A DNA stretch of 64,000 bases from Caecitellus pseudoparvulus. Taxonomy: Eukaryota; Protista; Bigyra: Bicosoecida. The stretch is from NCBI GenBank assembly GCA_965644315.1, contig CBFFRQ010000062.1, positions 1-64,000 on the forward strand, written 5' to 3'. The position numbers and the translations under genes were made by a program. Positions 20,301-30,300 of the stretch are shown here, in pieces (positions within the stretch are counted from its first letter, which is position 1; each line of letters opens with the position of its first letter). The notes below the pieces were generated by a model. That model did no database searches and had not been told where the DNA came from. It saw only the letters and a program-made list of their open reading frames with translations.

Positions 20301-21170
20301 GGCCAGTCCCAGCGACATGTCCACCTTGGACACGTCCAGAGACCGCACACCCGCCACGTCACACAGCATGGCCCGCGCTGACGCCAGCGTCTCCAGTGCC
20401 TTGGCGTGGTCGCCTGACAGCCGCTGCACGAGGCCAGCCGAGTACAGCGCCTCGGCCTTCTCTCGCACCGACTGCAGCGGGGCTACAGGCCCAGACAGCG
20501 GCGGCGCAGGGGGCGCTTTGGGCAAGCTGGGGCTGGGCGCCTGGGGAGCCAACTTCATACTCATCAGAGATTCGGTCCATTTGGAGTGCGGTGTGGTGCT
20601 TGCCGCGCTCCTGACACTCGGCGCAGGGGAGGTGTGCAGGCGCCTCGCAGCTGTAGGGCTTCCAGTGCCAGCGGGGGAAGCAGCAGTGCCCGGGCCACCA
20701 GGCAACGCCATGGGGGTGTTTGCGGTGCGAAAGGCGTGGAGCGACTCTGCTGCAGCTGCGGTGGCTTCGTGCTGCTGCCCGTGCACACGGGAGGCCAGCT
20801 CCGAATACTCCTGCAACAGCGCTTGCGCCAGTTGCACGTCCCGCATGGAGGAGGCGATGTTTGCCATGACGCCCAGCACCTTCACGCGCGTGGGCTGCTC
20901 CTCGCGCGTGGCCTTGGCTGTGACTTGTCTGAGAGTGTTCAAGTACTGGCGGGCCTGCCCTGTCAAGCCCACAGAGACCGCTGCCGATGCCAGGTTGAGC
21001 AGGTCTGCTGCGACTGCGAAGCTGCTGCCATGCACTTGGTGGGAGAACTGGTAAGCGCCCATGAAGTGCTGCAGGGATGCCGCATGGTCTCCTCGCGCTT
21101 TTGCTTCCTCAGCAGCGCGCCTGCAAGCATCCCGCAGGCGTAGCGTGGCCCCCGTGCCCCGCTGCGCCAT
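14385..21170 (-). CDS. Formin (FH2) with N-terminal TPR-like repeats, interrupted SAM domain and WH2-like C-terminal motif
   Basis: FH2 at about 16515-15180: KLKGLHWEM..TVW, LDGQASQNINIGLS, GNQLNAGSRRGAAVGFKLSAL..L..TK. Kinesin-light-chain-like TPR helices at the N-terminus. SAM signature W.PAQVCLWL..GLFQY..AF....IDGEDM. C-terminal LAATLSAGGKNLLRK. Single open frame; first ATG 21170. Confidence 0.92.
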   Translation of the reverse strand: MAQRGTGATLRLRDACRRAAEEAKARGDHAASLQHFMGAYQFSHQVHGSSFAVAADLLNLASAAVSVGLTGQARQYLNTLRQVTAKATREEQPTRVKVLGVMANIASSMRDVQLAQALLQEYSELASRVHGQQHEATAAAAESLHAFRTANTPMALPGGPGTAASPAGTGSPTAARRLHTSPAPSVRSAASTTPHSKWTESLMSMKLAPQAPSPSLPKAPPAPPLSGPVAPLQSVREKAEALYSAGLVQRLSGDHAKALETLASARAMLCDVAGVRSLDVSKVDMSLGLAHHQQGNLRAALAHYDAAYSSRLHLAASSAGFSVDPHTDALPEAALAAAHANGDVQEALAHLNGIRALLGLSPHSQRVDIAAMPLVARLHVPGSATTSQETTPEASPPLSPVVGGGARDSGLSRPVAPPLRALLPPTLQHVTPFRLTPLHPDEHIINGVFCVGYYLLRRLTEAVGGARASAGSPAEADTHLRRKAFTAATASLSPGVWDAGREVQPHSDSLSDKSAPEGSPAPAASPQRKRRPRYGRRASMAIEASMRQGWLARTAGQRRAGGAAALGLGPRHVRAETMPEMSRETRAGPVLARSPPLSPVQRASHAAFPGEALHLGQRAGEGRAATSPRRPELPDGWRREAPQQWQPAQVCLWLAHEGLFQYIPAFWSAGIDGEDMVMLSSRAEVRTAQAIEQGSRMAPGSRSTTSSSRASAGSPGFVAADVKLQAGSEEPSKHTLARQVDGSHRAGTVVASPKHTPSPRKQGVAQRQPLLVRASSMASTIASENKQRVRVKVSSGGKPTPPGVTSLQRQTGRIGAARSRGRERQARQAVQTRVPVQPREPVKVARGRSLVLQTQAPRARQPGATESKADGGTQSLEAPLGQVSSAAAATLAATKAAEEMRMHEVILSQELGVQDPEARRALKRNFRELLRRWANGRRVAIPPSPDIQAIYTAIRTLNGWLPALDATASKPGAAASRGGSGGSLMPQPGKEAQIEGDDSDGGGAAAGPTSAVDGSGSRGSVEGDASDRLAAPAAPEKISSKAGPLVLSPSGATSGTSPISTVHQSSSDPQLAEVQALLRQHLGTTSTGSGGTGSLSPSRPIASLVQAVGHGQGPGGSQHSSGGGGRMGQGGISGSAAVAPEASWEELESHIDALLASAESGEEVSIGGAPAPNLGGMGTARGAAAMAEQRQQGGVQAAPSSSALDPAQVALLGAGMLTSARGSGEILLRRVLQAFPSSAAAGLANGIIAVAKGVGTSGLGELGGGKQVRIDGVDTADGESGEPFSVPLLALELAVTAFVQLYTAQGGDGASSNAGGDSSSDGIAKRALAAVQHALRADDAEPGFSDLPATGTGAASRGQAGGGMEHDHSSMAAMRSPGVPDEPSRRATGTPRGLGGAGGPGRSPPPRQLRQHTLSPRFGVPNTPGRRTKQVHLNGHELGSLAAHRVFAVGVLLSAHRARRRRRQALKAFAVGLAAGSARRKLRSKLATLCFSVGLCCTALRQASLRRRSVLVFSVGLGPFELRSEAKRLAKQRQKQLKKLRTTAAKKRGAAPKLKGLHWEMLDNVHGTVWDPNGAAPPGASGGAGLALDELHAVLGIEGHEASKAEGIDTSLEEFLGIDPRRRHALQSLFGDLSTKFSAASATGGGGKSPGKSPKKPPKARKMTALDGQASQNINIGLSALGKVSFPQLAAAIDACDISAAGGPRILAVLQGLPAYSPALLGTVKSWVARQVSAGGRSMSDASAVKAALDKAGPAEAFIWHVVGQVQSIEAKLQALLFSAQCEKAAQGVQVETMNVCKACEQVTSSTHFITLLRDIILPLGNQLNAGSRRGAAVGFKLSALHGLTATKASDNQTLLEYILDRLLSRQSPILDVLEELAAVPAAAKTSLSSIDADFAKLEAGMQHVQDILQSVSPAFDEFRQGLEPHAERLKSCVQETSLAVSRMHTLFSSTCTFFGESPETTSCEQLFGMLDAFCSSFKAALDKVQKAAEAKRRKEMRNAAMGKGRNAKSPPAQGESGGQGLLAKARLARGKQQRAGESGGVAQELAATLSAGGKNLLRKAPKPGPAQATGTQAGKGAQALSKKASKAASKKAAEARSAAIVMRRTGGPRTPQSPPTSNPDAVQLEISTAGRKSGTQRRRSMMLAPAGISPPRTPPARAPVPATQGPPEKPASLLKIQPRDGRRESKAKVASTGARLPVPPPRKATSSSVGKSGQSSQSTAPPRPVAPPRDSKKVTVRTAAGTLKSVSPRPPPGVAAKPKQ

Positions 21171-21322
21171 GCTGGTGAAACGCCAGTGCAACGCCAGCAG
21201 CTGCTGGCTGCCACGGTCTGCGGCTGCCAAGGAGGCGGGGGCTGCCAGCCTCGATGCACTAGAATTGTGTAACAGAATACGGTGAATTGGCCGTCAAGTG
21301 CTGCCGTTCCGACCTCAGCCCG

Positions 21323-24300
21323 CTACCTGAGCCCATGCTGCCAAGTGCGGCGACGGCGCTTCCACCGCTCTCGCCGCTCCCGCCAGGCAGTCTGAATCTT
21401 GGACGCGGTCAGCTCCAATTCGAAGTTTGCCTTGGTCACACTCAAGCTGCGCAGGCGCTTGTTGGTCGCTGCGCCTCGTGGGCGCAGAATGCTCCAGCCA
21501 GCGCCCGACAGCTCCTCTGTGTCGGGCAGCGACAAGCCCATGCTGCCTTGCTCCACGCCGGCGCCGTCGGAGTCTTCCTGGATGCGGCCCAGACGCTGTC
21601 TGGCTGCTGCCACAGGGGTCCTGCCACTGAGGGGGCGAGGGCCACCCGCACTGGCCTCGGGCGGGTCGCTCACGAGGTGCCGGGAGGATACCCCCGCGGC
21701 TGCTTGCAGGACAGTAGACAGCGTTGCCATGCGGGCGGGCTCAGTCGAGCCACTCAGCGCGGCGGCCAGGTTCTTGGACGTGAACCTGCGAGAGCGCAGG
21801 GGGTCGCCGGCGCTCTCGGGCCCGGGCGCCTTGGCAGCGCCTGCCGCGGCCTTGGGAGCCGCCTCCCCACTGCTGCTGTCGCTGTTCTCGCCGTCGCCGC
21901 CGCCCTCCATGCCCAGGGCGGCGGCTTGAATCATGCGGCGAGTGGACACGGCGGAGTTCACGACGCCCAGCATCTTAGGCGTCGCCCCCCCGCCGCCGCC
22001 ACCGCCGCCCAGCAGCTCGCGCAACCGACCCAGCCGCTGCGACGGGGACAGTTTGCCGTCGCCCGACAAAGCGCCGCTGGGCATGCCTGGGAGCGCAGCA
22101 GGCTGGGCCGCAGCAGCAGTGGAGTGATCCCCCCCTGTCTCTTTGGTTTCCGCTTCCCCTGCCTGTGCTGCGGACCCAGCCTCGCCCAAGGAGGGCGCCA
22201 CCTTGCTGTCACCTGACGACGCGGCAGAGGCTGGTGAGTGTGCGCCAAGCGCCAGTGCACGCAGCGGGTCGTGGACAGACTTCCTCTTTGCCCTGCGAGC
22301 AGCCGTGCGAGATGCCAGCAACTCGATGAAGCGATTGGCGCCGTCCTTCACTGCCGATGCGACACGGGTGGCCTCGTTGTCCATTTCCGCGCGCAGCTTG
22401 CCCTCGATGCGGGCTTGAATCTTGGCAGGGGCAGTCTCCATTTTCTCCAGCACCTCTGCGGGAATGGCGATGCCGTACGTGACACGGTGCAGAGCCAGCA
22501 GCAAATCCCGGAAGTGCACCTTGCCATTGTACGAGGTGATGGCCAGGCGCTGGGCGTAGGACAGGTACTCTGCGAACGTCGCACCCTTGGGCAGCCCCAT
22601 CGGTCTGGGAAGAGTGCGCAAGAGCACTTCAACCTTTGCCACTGGAATCCACTTGTGCCCAGTGCGGTCCACCCGTGCCCACGCTTTGCGGAACTGACGG
22701 ATGTGGTCGGCTGTCAGCCCCCTGGCTTGGCGGTCTTGCTGGGAGAAGTCCTCGATGATGATCATGCTGAACAGGTTCAGCATGACAAAGGACACCACCA
22801 GCGTGAAGGAGATGAAGAAGGCAGGGGCAGCGGGGGACCCGCCGGCGTCAACGTTCATGGAGTCGAACATGATGCCCTCCCAACCCTCGCCCGTCGCACA
22901 GCGAAAGAGGGTGGACAGCGCCAGGCCAAAGTTTGAGAAGTTGGCGTGCACACTCAAGTTCTCCTGCAGCTCCACCTCCCCAAACACTGTCATGCCTGCC
23001 ACAGCATAGATGAAGAAGATGAGCAGCAGCAGGCTGCCCACGTTGGCCAGCGAAGGCAGCGCCATCAAAATCGTGCTCATGATGGTGCGCAGGCCCGAAA
23101 ACGTTCGGAACAGTCGAACCCCTCGCAGGACGCGGATGATGCTGAAGGTGCGCTGGGCCCACGCAGCTGCCTCGCCTTGCCCAGGCACAACGAGCGAGTC
23201 CAGCACGCCGACGAAGGACACCGCCGCGTCGAACCGGTTCCAGGAATTCTCCCAGTACTTCTTGAAGCCGAACCCCAGCACTTTGACTATCACCTCCAGT
23301 GCAAAGATGCCAGAGAAGACGATGTTGGCCACCTCCAGCACTTGGCTCCACTCTTCCCCCTGGCGCCAGTACTTGGATGCGAGCACGACGATGTTCAGCA
23401 TGATGGCGAAGTTCACAAAGTACGCCAGCGTCACAGAGCTAGCGAAGGAAAACAGCATCGCTCCACACCGGCTGCTAGCAGGCTTCAGCTTGCTGAGGGG
23501 CGTGGCACGCTGCAGGAGGCGCTGCGTCTCCACCCACTCTCGCTGGCGCTCAGTCAAAAACCCAAAGCCAGCCATGTTGTTCTTGGTGGCCAGGAAGTTC
23601 TCGAAAATCACACCAACAAAGAGGTTCAGCAGGAAGAACGAGCCGATGAAGATGAACATGACAAAGTAGTAGGCGTTGGCAGGCGACGCGTTGCGAGCGG
23701 GCTGGTGCCCCACGGAGGTCGTGTCCGACACAGCATACAGCACACCCGGCCAGCCCTCACCTGACGAAGTCACAAAGAGGGTCAGCATCGCGTTGAAAAT
23801 GTTATCAAAGTTGGCGTCCGGGGTCAGCACGCGTCGTTCCACCAGCTCCCCATCGTCGTTGGTGAAGAAGAACCCAGCAGAGCAAGGCTCCACAACCCAA
23901 CTGCCCGCCGTGTCTCCCGGGATGCCCTCAAAGGAGATGTAGCCGGGGAAGTCGGGGTCGTTGCAGTGCTGCAGCTTGCCCGCAAACAGCTGCACCCCCA
24001 GCACGCCAAACAAGAACCACACCAGCAGCAGCACGCCGGTCACGTTCAAGATTGCGTTGATGGAGCGGATGAGCGCCTCCACCACCACCTTCATGCCCTG
24101 GTTCCGACTGATCAGCCGCAGCGGGCGCAGGCAGCGCAACAGACGGAGCACGCGGACGTAGCTGATGTCCACTCCTGAAATGGACAGGCCCACGACAGAA
24201 GCTGACACTGACGCCAAGTCAATGAGGTTCCACGCATCTTTCACATATGCGTTGGGTGTTCCCACGAAGCCATGCGCAATGCACTTCAGCACGATCTCCA

Positions 24301-27300
24301 CCACGAAGATGCACGTGAAGACCAACTCGAACCACCGCAGCACATTGGCCTTCGTCGACTCGGGACGAATGCCGGGCTCCTCCACTGCCAGCAACACCGA
24401 CGACAGCACGATGAGGATGAGGATGATGCCGTCGAATGTGATGGGCTGCTCGATGCGAGACAGTCCACAAACGGGCGGGATCTCAATCGTGGCCAAGTGT
24501 GTGTTGGGGTCGATGAAGTGCGCAACCCTGCGCTGCGTGGCTCCGGTGGGCGAAAAACACCAGCAGTGCCGCTGCATCAGCTTCGGCTCGCTTGGGGCCA
24601 TCGCTGCTGCCTCGCCCGACGTGATGGAAAAGTGCCGCCGCCCGCGTGTCCCGAGCATGGCCCCGTCGCTGACACCCGTCCCCCCTCCAACTGTGAACGC
24701 GCGCTTCCTCTGCGCTGCAGCTGTGTTCGTGGCCCGCGGCACCTCTGCTTGCACCGGGGATGCCCGCGGCTCGCCTGCGTTTGGTTGCGCGGCCCCAGCA
24801 TGTTGTTGCACACTGCATCCTGTCTGCCCGACGGGGGTGTCGCCTGCCGATGTGTACACGGTGTCTTGTGCAAGTGGGGAGGGGGAGAACCCTCGGTCTG
24901 TCGTAGCTGGTGCGCTCGTCAGGGCTGGTGCCTTGTGCGCCTCTGAGGCAGGCCTGGTGTCCACAAATAGTGTTGGCGCCGCGGGCTGTGTAGATGGGGG
25001 GGGGGCAACAGCAAAAGACACACGACGGCGATCTTGCGATGAATGCACGCCCTCTCGAGGGGCCGACAAGCTCGGTCGCAGAGGTCGGCTGCTGCGCTGG
25101 CTTGTGCCAGGCGGGGTGCTGAACTTGCCAGGGGAGGGTGGTGGGCGCTTGGGTGGCGGAGGCGGCACTTTCTTGCCGTCGCCAGTCGCTGACAAGGCGT
25201 CCACTGTGCTTGAAGGTGCTGGTTGGCGCATTTCAGCTGTGTCCACGCGATGGAAGGTGCCAAGGCCTTCCCCGCCGCGGGCTGGGGGTGCAGCTGGCGG
25301 CGTGGGGCGCTGGGCGGGTCTAGGAGGCGGTGGCCGAGGCGCAAGGGAGAGTTTCAACTTGGACAGGGACACAGTGCCCGTCTTGGTGGGGGACTTGACC
25401 AACTTCAGCTTGGCCTTGCCGTCCGCGCCTTGCTTGGAGGTGCGCGTCAAGGCGGTGCGCTTGACGACTTTGATGGCGCCCAGCAGCCCCTTCACTTTCT
25501 GGCGGTCGATACTGCGGGGTGCTGGTGGCGATAGCGCAGCGTTAGAAAGAGTGGCTGCGCTGCTTGGCACGCCTGCCTCAGACGGCTTGTCTGCACTGTT
25601 CTCACGCAGACGCTGCAGCATAGCCCGAGGTGCGGGCCCAAAGATTGAAGCCCGTGGGGGCCCTGTCGCACTGGCAGCGAGGGGGTTGGCCGTAAAGTCA
25701 ACTGGGCTTGCCACATCGGGGGCCGCCTCGGGGGTGCTCAGGTTGGGGCTTGCCTTTGGCCCTCGGAGGGAGAATGCCCCGCCCGTCACGCCGCCGCCAC
25801 CTACCCCAGAGCGGGACGAAGACGACAAGGCTCTCAGGCGCTCAGCTGTTCCCTTGCTGGTCTGAGAGTCCACCTTGCTGAGGACGGCGGGACGGGCTGG
25901 TGGGGAAAGCGTGACGGCGCTGGCGTCTGCACGTGGGCCGCTTGCTTCGGCAGCCGCCACCTCCATGGCCGCACTCCAATCAGCAAGTCCTTCCCACTGC
26001 CGGGATGTCAAACAGGGAGCTGAAGAGCACCGCTTGATGCCGCTGGTGCGAGTGGCGCTGGCTTCAGCTGCAGCTATGGCTTGCTGTTTGTGCCGCCGTG
26101 ACGCCGAGGAAGCGCTGGCTGCCTGGTGGCAGTGCCGGCTGGGCACGGCGGCGTGTAGGAAGCTCTGCGCTCCATTGAAGACCGCCCCAGGGTCCTGCTG
26201 TTGCACTAAGGGCGGTGCCTTGTGCGCGGTGCTGCCCGCTGCCCTTGCGTGGGCACTGGTGAACGAATCATCAAGCCCGCCTGAGAAGACGCTCAGCCGC
26301 TTCCCAGCACTCGCCGGCAGCTGCCGTAGCAGCGACGCGCGATTCCTCACAAAGGCGGTCCCCGACGCCTCCCTGCCCTCCACGAGAACTGAAGACAACC
26401 CAGGCACGGTGGACTGTGCTGGTGCTGCAAGGGGCCGCTTCACTGGTGTGGCCCGGTCCTCAGGGCCGCCACGACTGGTGTCACTGCTCGAGCTGCCATC
26501 AGCGCTGGCACTGGAGCCAAGCAGGCGCTCATCTACCAGTGTCCCGAGTCCCAGCGAAGCACGCCTCCGGGCGGAACTTGCTGATTGACCACCAGGGCTG
26601 GTGCTCAAGCTGCCGCTTGTTCGGGAGGTGTTTTCGCTGGCTGGCGATTCTGCCAGGGGCGGCAGCCGTTGCGTTTGGGTGGGTGATGCCTGCGCTGGCT
26701 GCTGCCCACCATCCTCTGCACCTGGGAGGCCAGCTGCGACCGCTTCCCGCTCTTGTGGGGTGGAGGAAAGGAGGAAGCGCTTCAGCGCGCTGATGGCACG
26801 CAAGGGCTTGGTTGGTGTTTCCCGGTTAGCAGTGGCGTCGTCAGCCTCGGCCGCCTCAGACGCCTTCTCAGCCACCGCCTTCAGTTCAGCGGGGGAAGCC
26901 TTCGCGAGAAACCCGCGCAGTGCCCCGAAGGCACGGGCACTCTTCTGCCGCTGCAGGGGACTGACCAGTCCACCTGCCATGGAACGAACTGTGCGCAGGC
27001 TTCTCGTGGGTTCGCGGGGGCTGCTCGTGTCAGTTGCGACGGGGCCTGCGCTGGCATCCTGCAGCTTCGGCGTCTGGCCAAAGAGGATGTTTTTCTTGAG
27101 CTTGTTCATGCGGCGCCGAGCAGAGATGCGCTCCCGGATGGCGGACGGGAACAAGACCTTGTCCTTGATGGACACAGCCTGTGCAGAGCGCAGCTCCTTG
27201 GCCCGCATGGTCACCTCCACCAACTCCTCCGCAGCCTGCTGGATGTCCTCCTGCTCAGCCTTGGTGGTGTCCATGTCGTTGCCCGAGAAGCCGTCCAGCA

Positions 27301-30300
27301 ACACCGCGAGGAACAAGTTCAACACGACGAAGTTGCCGATGATGGTCCACGAGACGAAGAAGAGGATGTACCACTTGCTCGCGGTCGCCCCCACCACCTC
27401 GTACATGACTTCATTCCACGCCTCGCCAGCGAGAATTTGGAACACCGTGATGAAGGAGTTGTGCAGCGTGTCGAAGTTGGAGCGCGGTCGGTCCTGCAGC
27501 GGCATGTCGTTGTAGATGCCGCCCATGAGGTGCATGGCCAGCAGGGCGTACACGAACAGGAAGAGCAGCAGCAGCAGGGCCAGGTACCCGAAGGACTCCA
27601 GGGACCTGGCAACTACAAGGACGATGCGCTTCATGCTGCTCCAGTGCCTGGCGAGGCGGACCACACGGAACACCCTGGCCATGCGGAAGGCGGAAAACGT
27701 GCCGCCCTCCCCGCTGCCGCCCTCCAGGCCCAGCTCGATGAGGGACACCACGACAATGCAGGCGTCAAAGACATTGAAGCGGTCCTCGAAGTACCTGGCA
27801 AGCCCCAGACCCACCCATTTTAACAGCATTTCCGCCAAGAACAGTACAGTGAAGAACACGTTCACAGCGTTCAGGCCCCTGTCCAAGGCAGGCGGCATGT
27901 TGTGGTGTTCCACGGCCAGCGCCACGGTGTTGCAGAAGATAGCAAAGGCTATGGTGAGAATGAAGAGCCGCGTGTTCGTAAAGTGCTCCACGGGTGCGCT
28001 GATGTGCTTGTTGAACCACTGCTGCCAACGTGTATCGCGCGGGCACAGGAAGTCTTGCATGCGCTCCAAATACGTGCACCGGAGGCGCTCCTCAGCCGAG
28101 CTGGACAGCTCCCGCTCCCACCGCGTCAGCTTGCGGTACCTTGGCGCGGCAGGGTGGTCTCGCAGGCGCTGCACGTGAGCAGGCACGTGGCCGTCAGGGT
28201 CCGCTGGTTCCAGGCAGTTGCGCCCACACACGCCCAGGCGCCGTGCCAGCCCCATGCAGCACTGCAAGCACGCGGGAACGCGTCGCCCCGAAGGCATGGG
28301 GATGGAGGTGTCCCTCGCCACACGCGCCCGCGCCTGGGGCCAGTCGTCCACGCCGTCCAGAGTCTCGTCCTCGCCCACCCCGCAGCACAGCGCGGCCAGG
28401 AGGCCAGGACCAGTGCTCTCTGGGCCGCCTTCTTCCTGCGACTCCCGCCCAGCGTCTGACTCGGTCAGGGATCGACTGGATGAGCTGGCAGCATCACCTG
28501 CCCCTGCCCTTGCGCTGTGGGTCGAATCGGTCCGCGGAACAGCCACCCCTCGTGCCGCCTGCCGCCGTGCCGCCGCGGCAGCTGCCTCGGACGCCACTGC
28601 AAGGAGGGCCTTGCGGTCTTGAAAGGACGCCGCCTTGCTGGTACCCCCCGCATGCGCGCTGCCGCCAGATGGTGTGCGACTGCCCTGCTGCTCAAGCTGC
28701 GCCGTGGCAGGCGCCTCCCCCTCCTCCGCACCACCCGAGTGGATCTGCAGCATGGCCAGAGTGGAAGACCGACGCAGGCGCTTGGAGGACTGGTGACGCA
28801 CGAACCGCCGCTTTCCGCCTGCACCCTGCCCCGCCGCGCCCATGCCCTCGGCCTTGCTGGCGTCAGCCAAGCCCCACCGCTCTGTGGAGCTGGCGCCCAG
28901 CACCTCGTCGTCGCTGCCAGCCGTGGCAGTGCTGTCCCGCCGGGCATGCCGGGACGACGCGTGCACGCGCCCACCTCGGTGGCTGGACGGCAGGACAGGG
29001 TCCTCCCCACCCTCATCCAGCGCCCCCAGTCGTCTGAAGGGCCCTGGAGGCAGGTCCCCCAGCGTGACACCTCCTCGCCTGCCACCTTCACGGGCAGCTC
29101 CCTCAGCCCCTGGGCCAGCCATGCGGTGTCCATGGTGTCCATGGTGTCCGTGGTGTCCATGGTGCCCGTGGTGCCCGTGGTGGTGGCGGTGGTCTGCAGC
29201 CTTCAACTTGTCTGCCTTTGCCTTGCGCAGGCGCTCCTCCGCCGCCGCCGCCGCTGACTCGAAGGCAAATGTGCCCCACGTGCTCTTCCGGCGCCGCTTG
29301 TCGATGGCAGCGCCCCGAAAGGCGGCACTGGCGCCGCCCAGACCCCTTCCCGCCGTGCCCATGAGGGACTGCCGCCTTGCTTTGAGCAGCTTCTTCTCCT
29401 GCTGCTTGCGGTATGCATCGGCACGGCTGCTGAAGGACGCGTCAGTGTCTGAGCGTTCGCGGCCTGCGCTGGGCACGGCGTCTCGGGCAGCGCCCATGCC
29501 AGGGCGAGGCATGACGGCCGCTGACTGCGTGCGGGACAGGGCAGCAGTGTGGGGCGGCATTGGCGAGCCGACGATCCCGCCCACGCCTGGGGATGGCGGG
29601 GCTGGCTTCGTGAAGGGTGCCAGGCCGAGTGCCGCCGCTGCGGGGGCCACGCCAGCGGGGGAGCTGTGTGTCGGCCGACGGGTGGACCCAGGGCCGTCAC
29701 CAGCCCCAGCACGAGCCTGCGTGCGGGACCGGCCCCTGTTGCCCATCAAGGCAGCTGCGCCTGTGGGCGGGGCAGGCTGGGCGGTAGACGTCCGTCGCCG
29801 CATCATGCCGCCCTTCAGGCCACCGGCGCTGGGCGTGGGCAGTGTGGGCTCCCGGCCCAGCTTGCTGTCCCCTGCCGGGGCAGGGGACGGGCCGTCTCTG
29901 CTGCGCAGGGAAGCTTCGTGGGACGCCACGCTGCCTGTGGAAGCCTGGCTGCCTTGCATGTGAGGGTAGCTAGCAGGCGTGCCACGCCCCGATACGGCGA
30001 GCATGCCGTAGGGCGGCGTCACGGCGCCACCCCGCATGTGTGCGTGGGGGGGCGAGAAGGCCATGGGGTTGTGGGCAGTGGGCAGGCCGCCCTGAGGCTG
30101 GCGGAGGCTGGCAGGGCTAGGCGTGCCCCGGTCTGAGCCAGTGCTGACAGGGGTGCCGTGTGCGTGCATACGCCCCATGCGACGCGCCACCTGCAGGGTG
30201 CGAGCGGCACGCTGCATGCCACCTGCGCCGCGTGGGTCGGTGTTGGAGGTGCTGGTGCTGAGGTGGCGGGCGATGGCTGCCCCGCGCTTGGAGTGTGCCG

